From assembly GCA_045561235.1 (NCBI GenBank), contig JBJKYB010000002.1:874942-938941 (forward strand): 64,000 bases of DNA, in the 5' to 3' direction. Positions 36,831 through 47,682 of this stretch are shown here, one piece after another. Numbering within the stretch: position 1 is the stretch's first letter; every line of letters begins with the position of its first letter. The stretch is from Gammaproteobacteria bacterium. GTDB taxonomy: Bacteria > Pseudomonadota > Gammaproteobacteria > Poriferisulfidales > GCA-002705445. The notes beneath the pieces are model-generated. The model did not search any database. It saw only the letters and a list, made by a program, of their open reading frames with translations, and had not been told where the DNA came from. The position numbers and the translations under genes are program-made.

Positions 36831-37205
36831 ATGAAAAAAGATTGGAAAGAAATTTTAACAAAGGAAGAATTTTTTGTTTGTAGACAAAAAGGTACTGAAC
36901 CAGCTTTTTCAGGTAGTTATGACAAGTTTTTTGAAGACGGTCAGTATTTTTGTAAATGCTGTGGCAGTTATCTTTTTAATTCTAAAGACAAATTTAATTC
37001 CGGCTCAGGATGGCCAAGTTTTACCTCGCAGGCAAAAGAGGGAAACATACTTTTTTTAGAAGATAATAGCCACGGTATGCGAAGAATTGAAGTTCAATGT
37101 TCAAAATGTCGAAGTCATTTAGGGCATGTTTTTGACGATGGACCAAGCCCGTCATATAGAAGATTTTGCATAAACTCTTTAAGTCTTAAATTTAAAAAAT
37201 CTTAA
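36831..37205 (+). CDS. msrB: Peptide-methionine (R)-S-oxide reductase MsrB
   Basis: Two CxxC zinc motifs (CKCCGSY, CSKCRSHLGHVFDDGP) and GWPSF motif. Confidence 0.9.
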   Translation: MKKDWKEILTKEEFFVCRQKGTEPAFSGSYDKFFEDGQYFCKCCGSYLFNSKDKFNSGSGWPSFTSQAKEGNILFLEDNSHGMRRIEVQCSKCRSHLGHVFDDGPSPSYRRFCINSLSLKFKKS

Positions 37206-37211
37206 TATATC

Positions 37212-37230
37212 GCCTTATATATAAGGCTTT
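37212..37230 (+). terminator. Perfect palindrome GCCTTATATATAAGGC plus short T-run after msrB; candidate intrinsic terminator of the rpsO-pnp-msrB unit
   Basis: 16-nt perfect inverted repeat read directly; only 3 Ts follow, so termination efficiency uncertain. Confidence 0.35.
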
Positions 37231-37292
37231 GCAGACTATAGTTTTTTCGGTAAAATAAGGATCGAAGTTTAAAAAAATGTGAGGAGAACGAT

Positions 37293-37469
37293 ATGAAAGT
37301 ATCATGGGACGAAAGTGTTTGCATTCATGCTGGAAAATGTGTGCAAGGAGCACCAGAGGTATTTAAAGTCGAAGATGGTAAATTTGTTATCGATACATCT
37401 GCTAGTTCAGAGGAGAAAATAGCTGACGTTGTAGCAGAGTGTCCATCAGGTGCTTTAAAGATAGAATAA
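37293..37469 (+). CDS. Small (58 aa) single-cluster ferredoxin, CxxAxxC...CP type (probable 3Fe-4S); not in ORF track (<60 aa)
   Basis: GAGGAG SD 7 nt upstream of ATG; motif CIHAGKC(x)nCPSGAL with Ala in place of the second Cys, as in P450-partner 3Fe-4S ferredoxins; PEVF motif. Confidence 0.6.
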   Translation: MKVSWDESVCIHAGKCVQGAPEVFKVEDGKFVIDTSASSEEKIADVVAECPSGALKIE

Positions 37470-37502
37470 TAATTTATAACAGTATTCTCTTAGGAGGGAA
37501 AT

Positions 37503-38177
37503 ATGATCGGTGATAAGTTGGCATCGGCGATGCAATTATATGGCAATCCGAGTTGTATAAACACAGCTAAGGCATTGCAAACAGCCGCTGAAAAAGGCGT
37601 AGATATAGAAACTCATAAAATTGACAGTGGTGAGGAAGCTGCAGATATTTCTCCACTTCACAGTGCCCCAGTACTAAAAGACTTGGATAATATTGTTTAT
37701 GGTCCAAATGCTATAATCTCTTATTTAGATGACAAGGGTTTTGGTCCGTCACTAGTTCCTAGAAATGGTGTAATTAGAGCGATCATGTATCAATATGCTC
37801 ATATAGCGACAGATTACGTTCAAATGGAAGCTTACGGAATGTTAACTGGTTCTGGAGGTAATATGGATGTAGTTAACAAATCATTTGATATATTAGAAAA
37901 CATCTTAGCAAACCCGCCAGATCCAAAATTGAAAAAAGGCGTATACATTTGTGGTGAATTTTCATTAGCTGATATTCATTGGATGGCATGTGTAAATGCT
38001 TTAGAAATCTCAGGTAATGACGTAATATCGTCAAGGGCGAAAGTTAGCGAATGGTGTGCTGCTGTTAAAAGCCATCCATCAACAAGTAAAGAAGATATTA
38101 TTCCATATACGTGTCTTCCAACAAAAGAAGACGTTGATTCAGGCACATTAAGAAACGTTGGGATTAATGTAGTATAG
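37503..38177 (+). CDS. Glutathione S-transferase-fold protein (thioredoxin-like N-domain + helical C-domain)
   Basis: N-terminal LYGNPSC...APVL (cis-Pro) ...GPNAIISYL, C-terminal FSLADIHWMACVNAL N-capping-box motif; GC visibly higher than flanks. Confidence 0.6.
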   Translation: MIGDKLASAMQLYGNPSCINTAKALQTAAEKGVDIETHKIDSGEEAADISPLHSAPVLKDLDNIVYGPNAIISYLDDKGFGPSLVPRNGVIRAIMYQYAHIATDYVQMEAYGMLTGSGGNMDVVNKSFDILENILANPPDPKLKKGVYICGEFSLADIHWMACVNALEISGNDVISSRAKVSEWCAAVKSHPSTSKEDIIPYTCLPTKEDVDSGTLRNVGINVV

Positions 38178-38250
38178 GTTTTGGGTACTTGAAAATACGA
38201 CATTTTTTAACTAAATTAATTTTTTAAATACAAGGAATTAGTATATTTTT

Positions 38251-39318
38251 ATGTTTGGATTAGGTAAAAAGAAGGGCCCTCAGGAAGTCAGCTTAAATTC
38301 TGATCAATATAAATTCGAAGTTGACCCTGACCAAAATATTTTAGATGCTGCTTTAAAAGCTGGAGTCGCATTCCCGCATGATTGTAGAGTTGGTAGCTGT
38401 GGGTCATGCGCGTGCAAATTAACAGATGGTAAAATTACCGCTACAGCTGATTTTAGCTATGTATTAGATGGCGATCAGTTAAAGGATGGAATGATATTAG
38501 CTTGCCAGTCTCGAGCTAAAACTCCTTTAAGTATCGCTGTTGAAATTGATGGGGAAGCTAAAACTAGCCCAACAAAATCATACCAAGGAGTTGTAAATAA
38601 GATTACACCATTAACACACGATATAATGGAATTAACCGTAGGAGTTGAAGGTTTAGAACATAACGGATATGCGGGACAATACTCTGAACTTATGGTGAAG
38701 CAAGTAGGATCTTCAAGATCTTATTCATTTGCCAAAGCCCCTCAAAATGAAAATCCTAACGAATTATCATTTTTTATAAGAAATGTTCCAAAAGGAAGAT
38801 TTAGTAAATGGCTTTTTGGTAAAGATCCTACTGGGCAAAAACTAGAAGTTAATACTCCGTTTGGATCGTTTTATTATCGTGATGGCAAAGGTCCAATGGT
38901 TTGCATTGCGGGTGGTAGTGGCATGAGTGCTGTAAAAGCTATCTTAGAACAAGCCGCAATAGATCAAGTTGAAAGGGATGCTATATATTTGTTTGGAGCA
39001 AGAACACAAGAGGACATATATAGTAGATCCGATTTAGAAGATATTCAGAAAAAATGGAACCCTAATTATAAATTTGAGTTTGTTTATGTTTTAAATATGG
39101 AGCCAGAAGATTCTGACTGGACTGGTGCTAGAGGTATGGTAACTGACTTTTTAAAATCAGATTATATAGAAAAAGGTAAATTGAATATGAAAGAGTGTCA
39201 AGGTTATTTATGTGGCCCACCACCTATGATAGACGCCGCCATAAAAGAATTTACAGCTGAAGGCATGTCAAATGAAGAGATATTCTTTGATAAATTCTTA
39301 GATTCAGGGTCAAAATAA
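38251..39318 (+). CDS. NAD(P)H-dependent oxidoreductase: N-terminal plant-type 2Fe-2S ferredoxin fused to FNR-like FAD/NAD-binding domain (oxygenase-reductase / AscD type)
   Basis: CRVGSCGSCACKL...LACQ 2Fe-2S motif; RSYSFA FAD motif; IAGGSGMS NAD motif; C-terminal CGPPPM; no TM segment so not NqrF. Confidence 0.75.
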   Translation: MFGLGKKKGPQEVSLNSDQYKFEVDPDQNILDAALKAGVAFPHDCRVGSCGSCACKLTDGKITATADFSYVLDGDQLKDGMILACQSRAKTPLSIAVEIDGEAKTSPTKSYQGVVNKITPLTHDIMELTVGVEGLEHNGYAGQYSELMVKQVGSSRSYSFAKAPQNENPNELSFFIRNVPKGRFSKWLFGKDPTGQKLEVNTPFGSFYYRDGKGPMVCIAGGSGMSAVKAILEQAAIDQVERDAIYLFGARTQEDIYSRSDLEDIQKKWNPNYKFEFVYVLNMEPEDSDWTGARGMVTDFLKSDYIEKGKLNMKECQGYLCGPPPMIDAAIKEFTAEGMSNEEIFFDKFLDSGSK

Positions 39319-39386
39319 AAAAAATTGGAAAATTTTGCTATTATTTGTAATATAATGACAAAATATTTCTAAAGAGGAGAGCTTAA

Positions 39387-39614
39387 GTGAGAGAATATAT
39401 AGCAGCAATAGTTATGATAGTTTTTACATCCTTGTGTTTTTGGGGAATGAACGTATTTGGATTTCAAAATAATCCGCACGACATTCTTTGGTCTATAGGT
39501 GCCGGACTAGCCCTTTTAATTATACTTCTAATTAATGTTTATATTTATTTTGTAATTTGTAAAGAAACACCTTGGACATGGAAAAATGAAGAGTCTAGTG
39601 GTCAAGACGAGTAA
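39387..39614 (+). CDS. Small hypothetical 2-TM membrane protein (75 aa), GTG start
   Basis: Strong SD AGAGGAGA 6 nt upstream; two hydrophobic helices; 3' end overlaps xseA 3' end convergently by 20 nt. Confidence 0.45.
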   Translation: MREYIAAIVMIVFTSLCFWGMNVFGFQNNPHDILWSIGAGLALLIILLINVYIYFVICKETPWTWKNEESSGQDE

Positions 39615-40947
39615 TCTTCTTAACACTAGATGTAACTTCACCATCTTTAATTCTAATTTTAATATCACTTTTAATTTTAAAGTTTGAAATCTTATTAGCA
39701 ATTTTTCCATTTGAATATATTAATGAGTAACCTTTATCTAATATATTTAATGGACTTATATCTTTAATAGTATTTTTTTTTAAATTTAAAGAATTTTTAT
39801 TACTATTTATAATATTTAAAAAAAGGTTTTTAATAAATTCTTTATTATTATTTAGTTTAGATTGTAGCTCAAAAATTTTTGTCTGTGGATTTTCATTTTT
39901 TAATTGAATCATAAAATTATTTATTTCATTTTTTTCATGAATCAGATTTGAAAGTAATTTTGATCTAAGTGCTTCTTGAAATAATTCAATTTTTTGATAA
40001 TAGTTATCTATTTTTGTTAATGGATTATTATTATCTATGACATTTATTTTTTCTCTCAACTGGTATTTTAAATTATTTACATGTGTTTTTATTATATTTA
40101 TAAGATTATTTTTATACTCGTCTAAAGAATTTTGCAAATCATTCGAAGTTATACTTGTTGCGATTTCAGCAGCCTCAGATGGTGTCGCTGACCTCATATC
40201 TGATACTAAATCAGCGATTGTTGTATCAGTCTCATGACCTATTGCTGTAATAATTGGTATTTTTGAATTATATATTTGCCTTGCTAGGTATTCGTTATTA
40301 TATTCTATTAGATCTTCAAGCGAACCTCCTCCTCTAGCAATTATAATTATGTCAGATGTATTTTTTTTATTAATAGTTACAAGCTGCTTTATAATACTTG
40401 TTGCGCAATTTTTACCTTGGACATTACAAGCAAATACTTCAACGTTAATTCCGGAAACCCTTCGGTTTAGTATTTTTAATATATCTTGTAATACAGAACC
40501 TGTTAAAGAGGTAATTATAGATATATTTTTAGGGTATATGGGTAACTCTTTTTTGAATTTTGTTTCAAATAAACCTTCATTTTTTAACTTGAGTTTTAGT
40601 TTCTCAAATAGTTCATGAAATTCTCCAGCACCTGTAGAAGACATTCCAATAATATCTAGTTGATATGAGCCAGTCTTTTCATAAAAAGAGACTTTGGATT
40701 TAATTATTACCTTTAGTCCTATTTCTGGTTCTAAATCTAAGTTATTAACTCTTGAGTTCCATAACGTGCACCTTACAGAGCATTTTTCGTCTTTTAGAGT
40801 AATATAAATATGGCCTAGCTGGCTTTTTTGGAGTTGAGATATTTCTCCTTCAACCATTATATAACTAACAAATGATGTTTCTAAAACTTCTTTTATATAT
40901 CTATTAACATCACTTACACTATATATCTCACTATCACTATTTTTCAT
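39595..40947 (-). CDS. xseA: Exodeoxyribonuclease VII large subunit
   Basis: N-terminal OB fold (VEGEISQ...YITLKDE) and catalytic core (IIARGGGSLEDL); divergent from guaB exactly as in E. coli. Confidence 0.92.
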   Translation of the reverse strand: MKNSDSEIYSVSDVNRYIKEVLETSFVSYIMVEGEISQLQKSQLGHIYITLKDEKCSVRCTLWNSRVNNLDLEPEIGLKVIIKSKVSFYEKTGSYQLDIIGMSSTGAGEFHELFEKLKLKLKNEGLFETKFKKELPIYPKNISIITSLTGSVLQDILKILNRRVSGINVEVFACNVQGKNCATSIIKQLVTINKKNTSDIIIIARGGGSLEDLIEYNNEYLARQIYNSKIPIITAIGHETDTTIADLVSDMRSATPSEAAEIATSITSNDLQNSLDEYKNNLINIIKTHVNNLKYQLREKINVIDNNNPLTKIDNYYQKIELFQEALRSKLLSNLIHEKNEINNFMIQLKNENPQTKIFELQSKLNNNKEFIKNLFLNIINSNKNSLNLKKNTIKDISPLNILDKGYSLIYSNGKIANKISNFKIKSDIKIRIKDGEVTSSVKKITRLDH

Positions 40948-40968
40948 AATCTTCTAAATATACAATAA

Positions 40969-42497
<1,529 letters not shown>

Positions 42498-42498
<1 letters not shown>

Positions 42499-44033
42499 TG
42501 TATGAAGAAAAAATATTAGTTATTGATTATGGATCACAATACACACAATTGATCGCAAGAAGAATAAGAGAGAATAAGACATATTGCGAAGTATTAAAAC
42601 CAGAATTACTGAATAATGTAAAAACAGATAAAAGTATAATTGGTGTAATTCTCTCTGGCGGACCAAATTCTGTTTCAAAAGACAATCAATATGATCTCCC
42701 AGATATCCTATTTGAAAACGATATTCCTATACTAGGAATTTGTTTTGGTATGCAATTAATTTGTAAAAAATTTAATGGAAAAGTAAAGGAATCTACATCC
42801 AGAGAATACGGAAAAAGCAAATTAGACATAATACAAAATAATAAAATTTTCGAAGGTCTTGAGAACTCAATAGAGGTTTGGATGTCACACGGGGATAGTG
42901 TAATTAAGTGTCCCACAAATTTTTCTATTTTAGCTACAACAAATAAAGAGGGTCTTTCCGCAATAAAAGCAAACGACAAAGACATTTATGGAATTCAATT
43001 TCATCCAGAAGTTACTCATACACTTGATAATGGAAAAATAATTTTTAATTTTGTAAATAATATTTGTAAATCAAAAGCAGAATGGACAACAAAAAATATT
43101 ATTGCACGTCAAATAAATAGTATTAAAGAAAAAGTCAAGACTGATCATGTAATCTTAGGTTTATCAGGTGGGGTAGATTCATCTGTAGCTGCCGCAATCA
43201 TTCATAAAGCAATACAAGATCAATTAACATGTATTTTTATTGATAATGGACTTTTAAGACTAAATGAAAAAATAAAAGTACAAAATAGTTTTAAAGGTTT
43301 TAATATGAATATCAAATATGTTGACGCATCAGCTATATTTTTAGAGAGATTGAAAGGGATAACTGATCCTGAAGAAAAAAGAAAAATTATAGGAAAAACA
43401 TTCATTGATGTGTTTCAGACTGAAGCAAAAAAAATTAAAAATGTTAAGTGGTTAGCACAAGGAACAATATACCCCGATGTTATTGAATCTGCAGCTTCGT
43501 CAGATAATGCGCACTTAATAAAGTCTCACCATAATGTTGGTGGCTTGCCTAAAGACATGGATTTAAAATTATTAGAACCTCTTAGAGAGTTATTTAAAGA
43601 CGAAGTTAGGAAGTTAGGAATTGATATTGGAGTAGAACCAAAATTAATAAACAGACATCCCTTTCCAGGCCCAGGTTTGGCAGTAAGAATAATGGGTGAA
43701 GTTAAAGTTGAGTATGCAAATATTCTTAGAAAAGCAGATGACATATTTATTGAGATGCTTAATGAAAAAAAACTTTATAATAATGTCTCACAAGCTTTTA
43801 CAGTTTTTATGCCCGTAAAGACTGTTGGCGTTACAGGAGACGGGCGTTCATATGGAAATGTAGTTTCATTAAGAGCTGTAAAAACAATTGACTTTATGAC
43901 AGCAAAACCCTTTGAGTTCCCATTTAATTTTTTAGAAGAAGTTTCCACAAGAATAATTAATGAGGTTCCTGAGATATCTCGTGTCTGCTTAGATATTTCT
44001 TCTAAACCTCCAGCAACTATTGAGTGGGAATAA
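42498..44033 (+). CDS. guaA: GMP synthase (glutamine-hydrolysing)
   Basis: GATase Cys (GICFGMQL), ATP-PPase SGGVDSSV, C-terminal ...PPATIEWE. Confidence 0.96.
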
Positions 44034-44034
44034 A

Positions 44035-45498
44035 ATGATTAGCAGAGAAAAAGTTTCTCTGTTTGGAATGGTTTTGGGTATATTAATACTAATAATTTTT
44101 TTATTTACAAATCCCCCGAACGATTTAAGTAAGACAGCTTGGTTAACTGCAGGCATTGCTTTATTAATGACAGTATGGTGGGTCACAGAGGCAATACCAA
44201 TATATTTTACAGGCGTCATTCCTTTAATATTATTTCCAATTTTTAATATCTTTGACTTGAATTTAATTGTAAGTGCATACGCCCATCCTTTAGTTTTACT
44301 TTTCCTTGGAGGATTTATAATTGCCTCTGCAATGGAATCATGTGGTTTGCATAAACGCATAGCTTTAAATATTTTATCTTTTTCAGGAACAAGCCCAAGC
44401 AAAATAATTGCTGGGTTTATGATTACTACAGCTTTAATTAGTATGTGGGTAAGTAATACGGCTTCGACAATAATGATGTTACCTATAGCATTATCTGTAG
44501 TAACAATTTTTTCAAAAGAAACAAATGCTAAAGATGTAGACTTGGCGATTCCACTTTTACTTGCCATAGCATATTCTGCATCAATTGGAGGCGCTTCAAC
44601 TTTAATTGGCACTCCAACCAACATAATGTTGGCTAGTATTCTAAGTGATAGTTACAACTATGAAATAAGTTTTACTGATTGGTTAATGATAGGCTTGCCT
44701 ATTTTATTTTTTTTATTACCAGTCGTTTGGTTTTTTTTAACAAATATAAGTTTCAAGGTTTCTAAAGTAACTTCAAATGCTTTAGCAAATACAATTTTAA
44801 ATATGAAAAAAGAAAGTGGAAAATTATCATTTACAGAAAAAGTTGTGGCTACTGTATTTGTTTTAACAGCTGTATTATGGATAGTTAGAAGAAATCTAAA
44901 TGAGGCCTTCAGTCTAAACTTGAATGACACTTCTATTGGTTTATTTGGAGCTTTACTTTTGTTTTTGATTCCAACAGGAAAAAATACCAGGGCTTGTAAT
45001 TGGCAAACTGCGAATAAAATACCTTGGGGCGTTTTGCTTTTAGTGGGGGGCGGTATTGCATTATCTAGGGCATTTAATGCTTCTGGTCTAGCTTCTTGGA
45101 TAGGCAGTTTTTCTTATTACTTCTCAAACTATGAACTTTTTATATTAATAATCTTTGCAGTTGGAGTCATAATCTTTTTAACGGAGTTAAATTCTAATAC
45201 AGCAACAATTGCTACATTTGCTCCAATTTTGATCATTTTTGCTATTGGAGTGAATCAAAATCCTTTATTTTTAGTTATCCCCGCAACTATTGCAGCAAGT
45301 TGTGCTTTTATGTTGCCGATTGCTACACCGCCAAATGCTGTAATTTTTGGAAGTGGCAAAATTAAAATAAGTGATATGGTACGGGCAGGATTCTTACTAA
45401 ATATTATTTCTATACTGATAATATCTTTTGTAAGCTTTATACTTATTCAACTTGTTTTTGATATTAAGATTTATACCTTGCCAGAATGGGTAAAGTAG
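44035..45498 (+). CDS. DASS/SLC13-family (ArsB/NhaD superfamily) anion:Na+ symporter-like permease (ATG 44035; ORF track TTG 44020 overlaps guaA)
   Basis: ~12 TM segments, repeated SNTAS/TPPN-type hairpin motifs (WVSNTASTIMMLPIA, ATPPNAVIFGSG) typical of DASS transporters. Confidence 0.7.
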   Translation: MISREKVSLFGMVLGILILIIFLFTNPPNDLSKTAWLTAGIALLMTVWWVTEAIPIYFTGVIPLILFPIFNIFDLNLIVSAYAHPLVLLFLGGFIIASAMESCGLHKRIALNILSFSGTSPSKIIAGFMITTALISMWVSNTASTIMMLPIALSVVTIFSKETNAKDVDLAIPLLLAIAYSASIGGASTLIGTPTNIMLASILSDSYNYEISFTDWLMIGLPILFFLLPVVWFFLTNISFKVSKVTSNALANTILNMKKESGKLSFTEKVVATVFVLTAVLWIVRRNLNEAFSLNLNDTSIGLFGALLLFLIPTGKNTRACNWQTANKIPWGVLLLVGGGIALSRAFNASGLASWIGSFSYYFSNYELFILIIFAVGVIIFLTELNSNTATIATFAPILIIFAIGVNQNPLFLVIPATIAASCAFMLPIATPPNAVIFGSGKIKISDMVRAGFLLNIISILIISFVSFILIQLVFDIKIYTLPEWVK

Positions 45499-45598
45499 TT
45501 ATATATAAAACAAATAATTAATATAAGTATTTTAAATACTATTTATACCAAACATGCATAGTTGATATGTTATATAATTACTGTATCGTAAAATTACG

Positions 45599-46525
45599 AT
45601 GCTTAATAATAATAATTATAATAATTTTAAAAAAATTTTATTCTTTACTTTTACCTTTTGTCTTTTTACAAATGCTTTTTCTGGCGCTGATGATGAAATT
45701 ATAATTGCTGCGGAGAAGAAAGCGCTAAATGCTACAAACGGGATATTAAGTACACTAACTTCAGATTTAACCGAAAGCTTAAAAAAATTCGAGAGTGTTA
45801 AGTATTTAGACATTAAAATTGACGTTCAAGAGCATTATAACCCTGCATTCAGTATTACAAATTTAAACAGCTTGTTTGAAAGAGATACCTCTGCATTTTT
45901 TAATCAAAATACCTTAACCCATAATAAAGATGAACAAACTATAAATTTTGGATTAGGATATAGAAAACTTTTGAATGATGATAAATTACTTTTAGGTGCT
46001 AACATTTTCTATGACTATGCTTTTGATGATAACCATAGAAGGTTGGGTTTAGGTGTTGAAGCAATATCAAGTGTATTTGATCTTAGAGGTAATTTATACG
46101 AAGCTGAAAGTGATGTAGTCACTTTAACAGATGGCTCGACGGAAGAAGCTTTAGATGGTTGGGATGCAAGACTTGATTATCATATACCAGTAGGCTTTGA
46201 TTTAAGAGTATTTGGCACATATTTTGATTGGGAAAATAGTGCGAAAACTTATGAAAATAAAGGTGAACAATACGGTTTAGCAGGACAATATGGTTTGATT
46301 AAGTTTGAAGTCGGTTATAGAGACGAAGATAATAGAAAAAAAGATGCTTTTGCAAATTTGAGCTTAGTAATTCCTCTAGGTTCTGTAGCAACATCAAATG
46401 TTGTTCCAAGGGGCATGATGGAATTGGTAAGTGTTAGAGATCAATTATATGAGCCCGTTGAGAGAGAAAATAGAATAAGAGTTGTAAAAGTTTCTGCTGG
46501 TAGTGTGATCGTAAGTGGATTTTAA
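45599..46525 (+). CDS. Outer-membrane beta-barrel protein resembling the inverse-autotransporter (intimin/invasin) beta-domain, but stand-alone (308 aa)
   Basis: Sec signal peptide; motif block LGANIFYDYAFDDNHRRLGLGVEAI...LRGNLYEAES...DGWDARLDYHIPVGF...FGTYFDWENS recalls the IAT beta-domain consensus; C-terminal aromatic (SGF). Confidence 0.5.
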   Translation: MLNNNNYNNFKKILFFTFTFCLFTNAFSGADDEIIIAAEKKALNATNGILSTLTSDLTESLKKFESVKYLDIKIDVQEHYNPAFSITNLNSLFERDTSAFFNQNTLTHNKDEQTINFGLGYRKLLNDDKLLLGANIFYDYAFDDNHRRLGLGVEAISSVFDLRGNLYEAESDVVTLTDGSTEEALDGWDARLDYHIPVGFDLRVFGTYFDWENSAKTYENKGEQYGLAGQYGLIKFEVGYRDEDNRKKDAFANLSLVIPLGSVATSNVVPRGMMELVSVRDQLYEPVERENRIRVVKVSAGSVIVSGF

Positions 46526-47640
46526 TGGGAGATACTATGTGCAAATCTGTAAAATTATTTTTATCATTATTGACTTTATTATTTTTTGTAAGCAACTCTG
46601 TTTATGCAGACACTCTTGGTGACGCGATAGATGCCGAAGGATGTGGAGATAGCGATACCGCATCTTGCTCAGGCGAATGTACCCAAACAAATAATGTTAT
46701 TACGATTGCAACTTCTGGTAATGATGATGGTGGGGTAACAGATGCAGATAGTGGTAATGTGAAAAACTTTTGTAATGAAAAGCCTGATGAATATCGTATT
46801 ACTTTTTATAAAGCGGGGTTATGTAAAATTGACCCTTTTGATTCAACTGCTACATCTAATCCAACTTCGGCTTCAAACTGTTACAATTTTTTTGTAGATG
46901 AAAGTGGCAAAGCGATAACTCTTGCTTATGATGATGATACTAGCTTAATTAGTCAAACTGGTAGCCTAATCTCAGGAAATCTTAACTTTGAATTAGGCAC
47001 GTATAATTTTGCTTACGTAATTGTTGACAATCACCTTGAAATTAAGCATCAACAAACTTTTAGTGAAGCTATGAAAGGGTATCATGTTAATGGGTCTGAT
47101 TATAGCTCAGGCGTCACATGCTGGACAAATGGTATTGTAACAACTTACACAAATGCAACAGGTGCTCAACGTGGCTATAACGCAGCTACCGTAAAATCTT
47201 ATGGTAACGATAGTAGCAGCACCTCCTCATTAGCAATGACATGCGGTGAAACTTCAGATGCTGCTCCAGTTTTTAATACAGAAATAATTGAAAATTTAGC
47301 TGCTGATCCAACGTTTCCCGATGGGAATGAAAACTCAACATTTTCAGCAATATTTGCATCAACCTATCAAACAATCACTGGAACATCAGATAAAGGTGTT
47401 GGAAAATTGTTGCAAGATGACGATTTAACTACAGCAACTAGTCATACAAATGCAGCGAGAATTTTTTATCCTGTTCAACTTGCGAACCCTCTTATTGTTA
47501 CTCCGGATATTAAAACATTTGAAATGTCTTTCGGTATATCTGGCTCTGTAAGTATTGATTTTACAACAGATGGATCTAATAATCTTATAAATTTAAAAGC
47601 TGGCGCTGATCCTTTTACAATGAAATTTAGCGCTGAATAA
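46525..47640 (+). CDS. Secreted acidic Cys/Thr/Ser-rich protein (possible surface/adhesin-like partner); ATG overlaps upstream stop (TAATG); alternative start ATG 46537
   Basis: Own Sec signal (MCKSVKLFLSLLTLLFFVSNSVYA|DT), 9 Cys, T/S/G/D-rich; GC much higher than surroundings. Confidence 0.6.
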   Translation: MGDTMCKSVKLFLSLLTLLFFVSNSVYADTLGDAIDAEGCGDSDTASCSGECTQTNNVITIATSGNDDGGVTDADSGNVKNFCNEKPDEYRITFYKAGLCKIDPFDSTATSNPTSASNCYNFFVDESGKAITLAYDDDTSLISQTGSLISGNLNFELGTYNFAYVIVDNHLEIKHQQTFSEAMKGYHVNGSDYSSGVTCWTNGIVTTYTNATGAQRGYNAATVKSYGNDSSSTSSLAMTCGETSDAAPVFNTEIIENLAADPTFPDGNENSTFSAIFASTYQTITGTSDKGVGKLLQDDDLTTATSHTNAARIFYPVQLANPLIVTPDIKTFEMSFGISGSVSIDFTTDGSNNLINLKAGADPFTMKFSAE

Positions 47641-47682
47641 ATTACCATAGTTTTTTTCTATATATCAAAGTAAAATTAGAAG

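Noticed and set aside
44020-44034. TTG start for the DASS permease overlapping the guaA stop
   Set aside because: The ATG at 44035, one nucleotide after the guaA stop, gives a conventional start. The TTG extension adds only 5 residues with no support.
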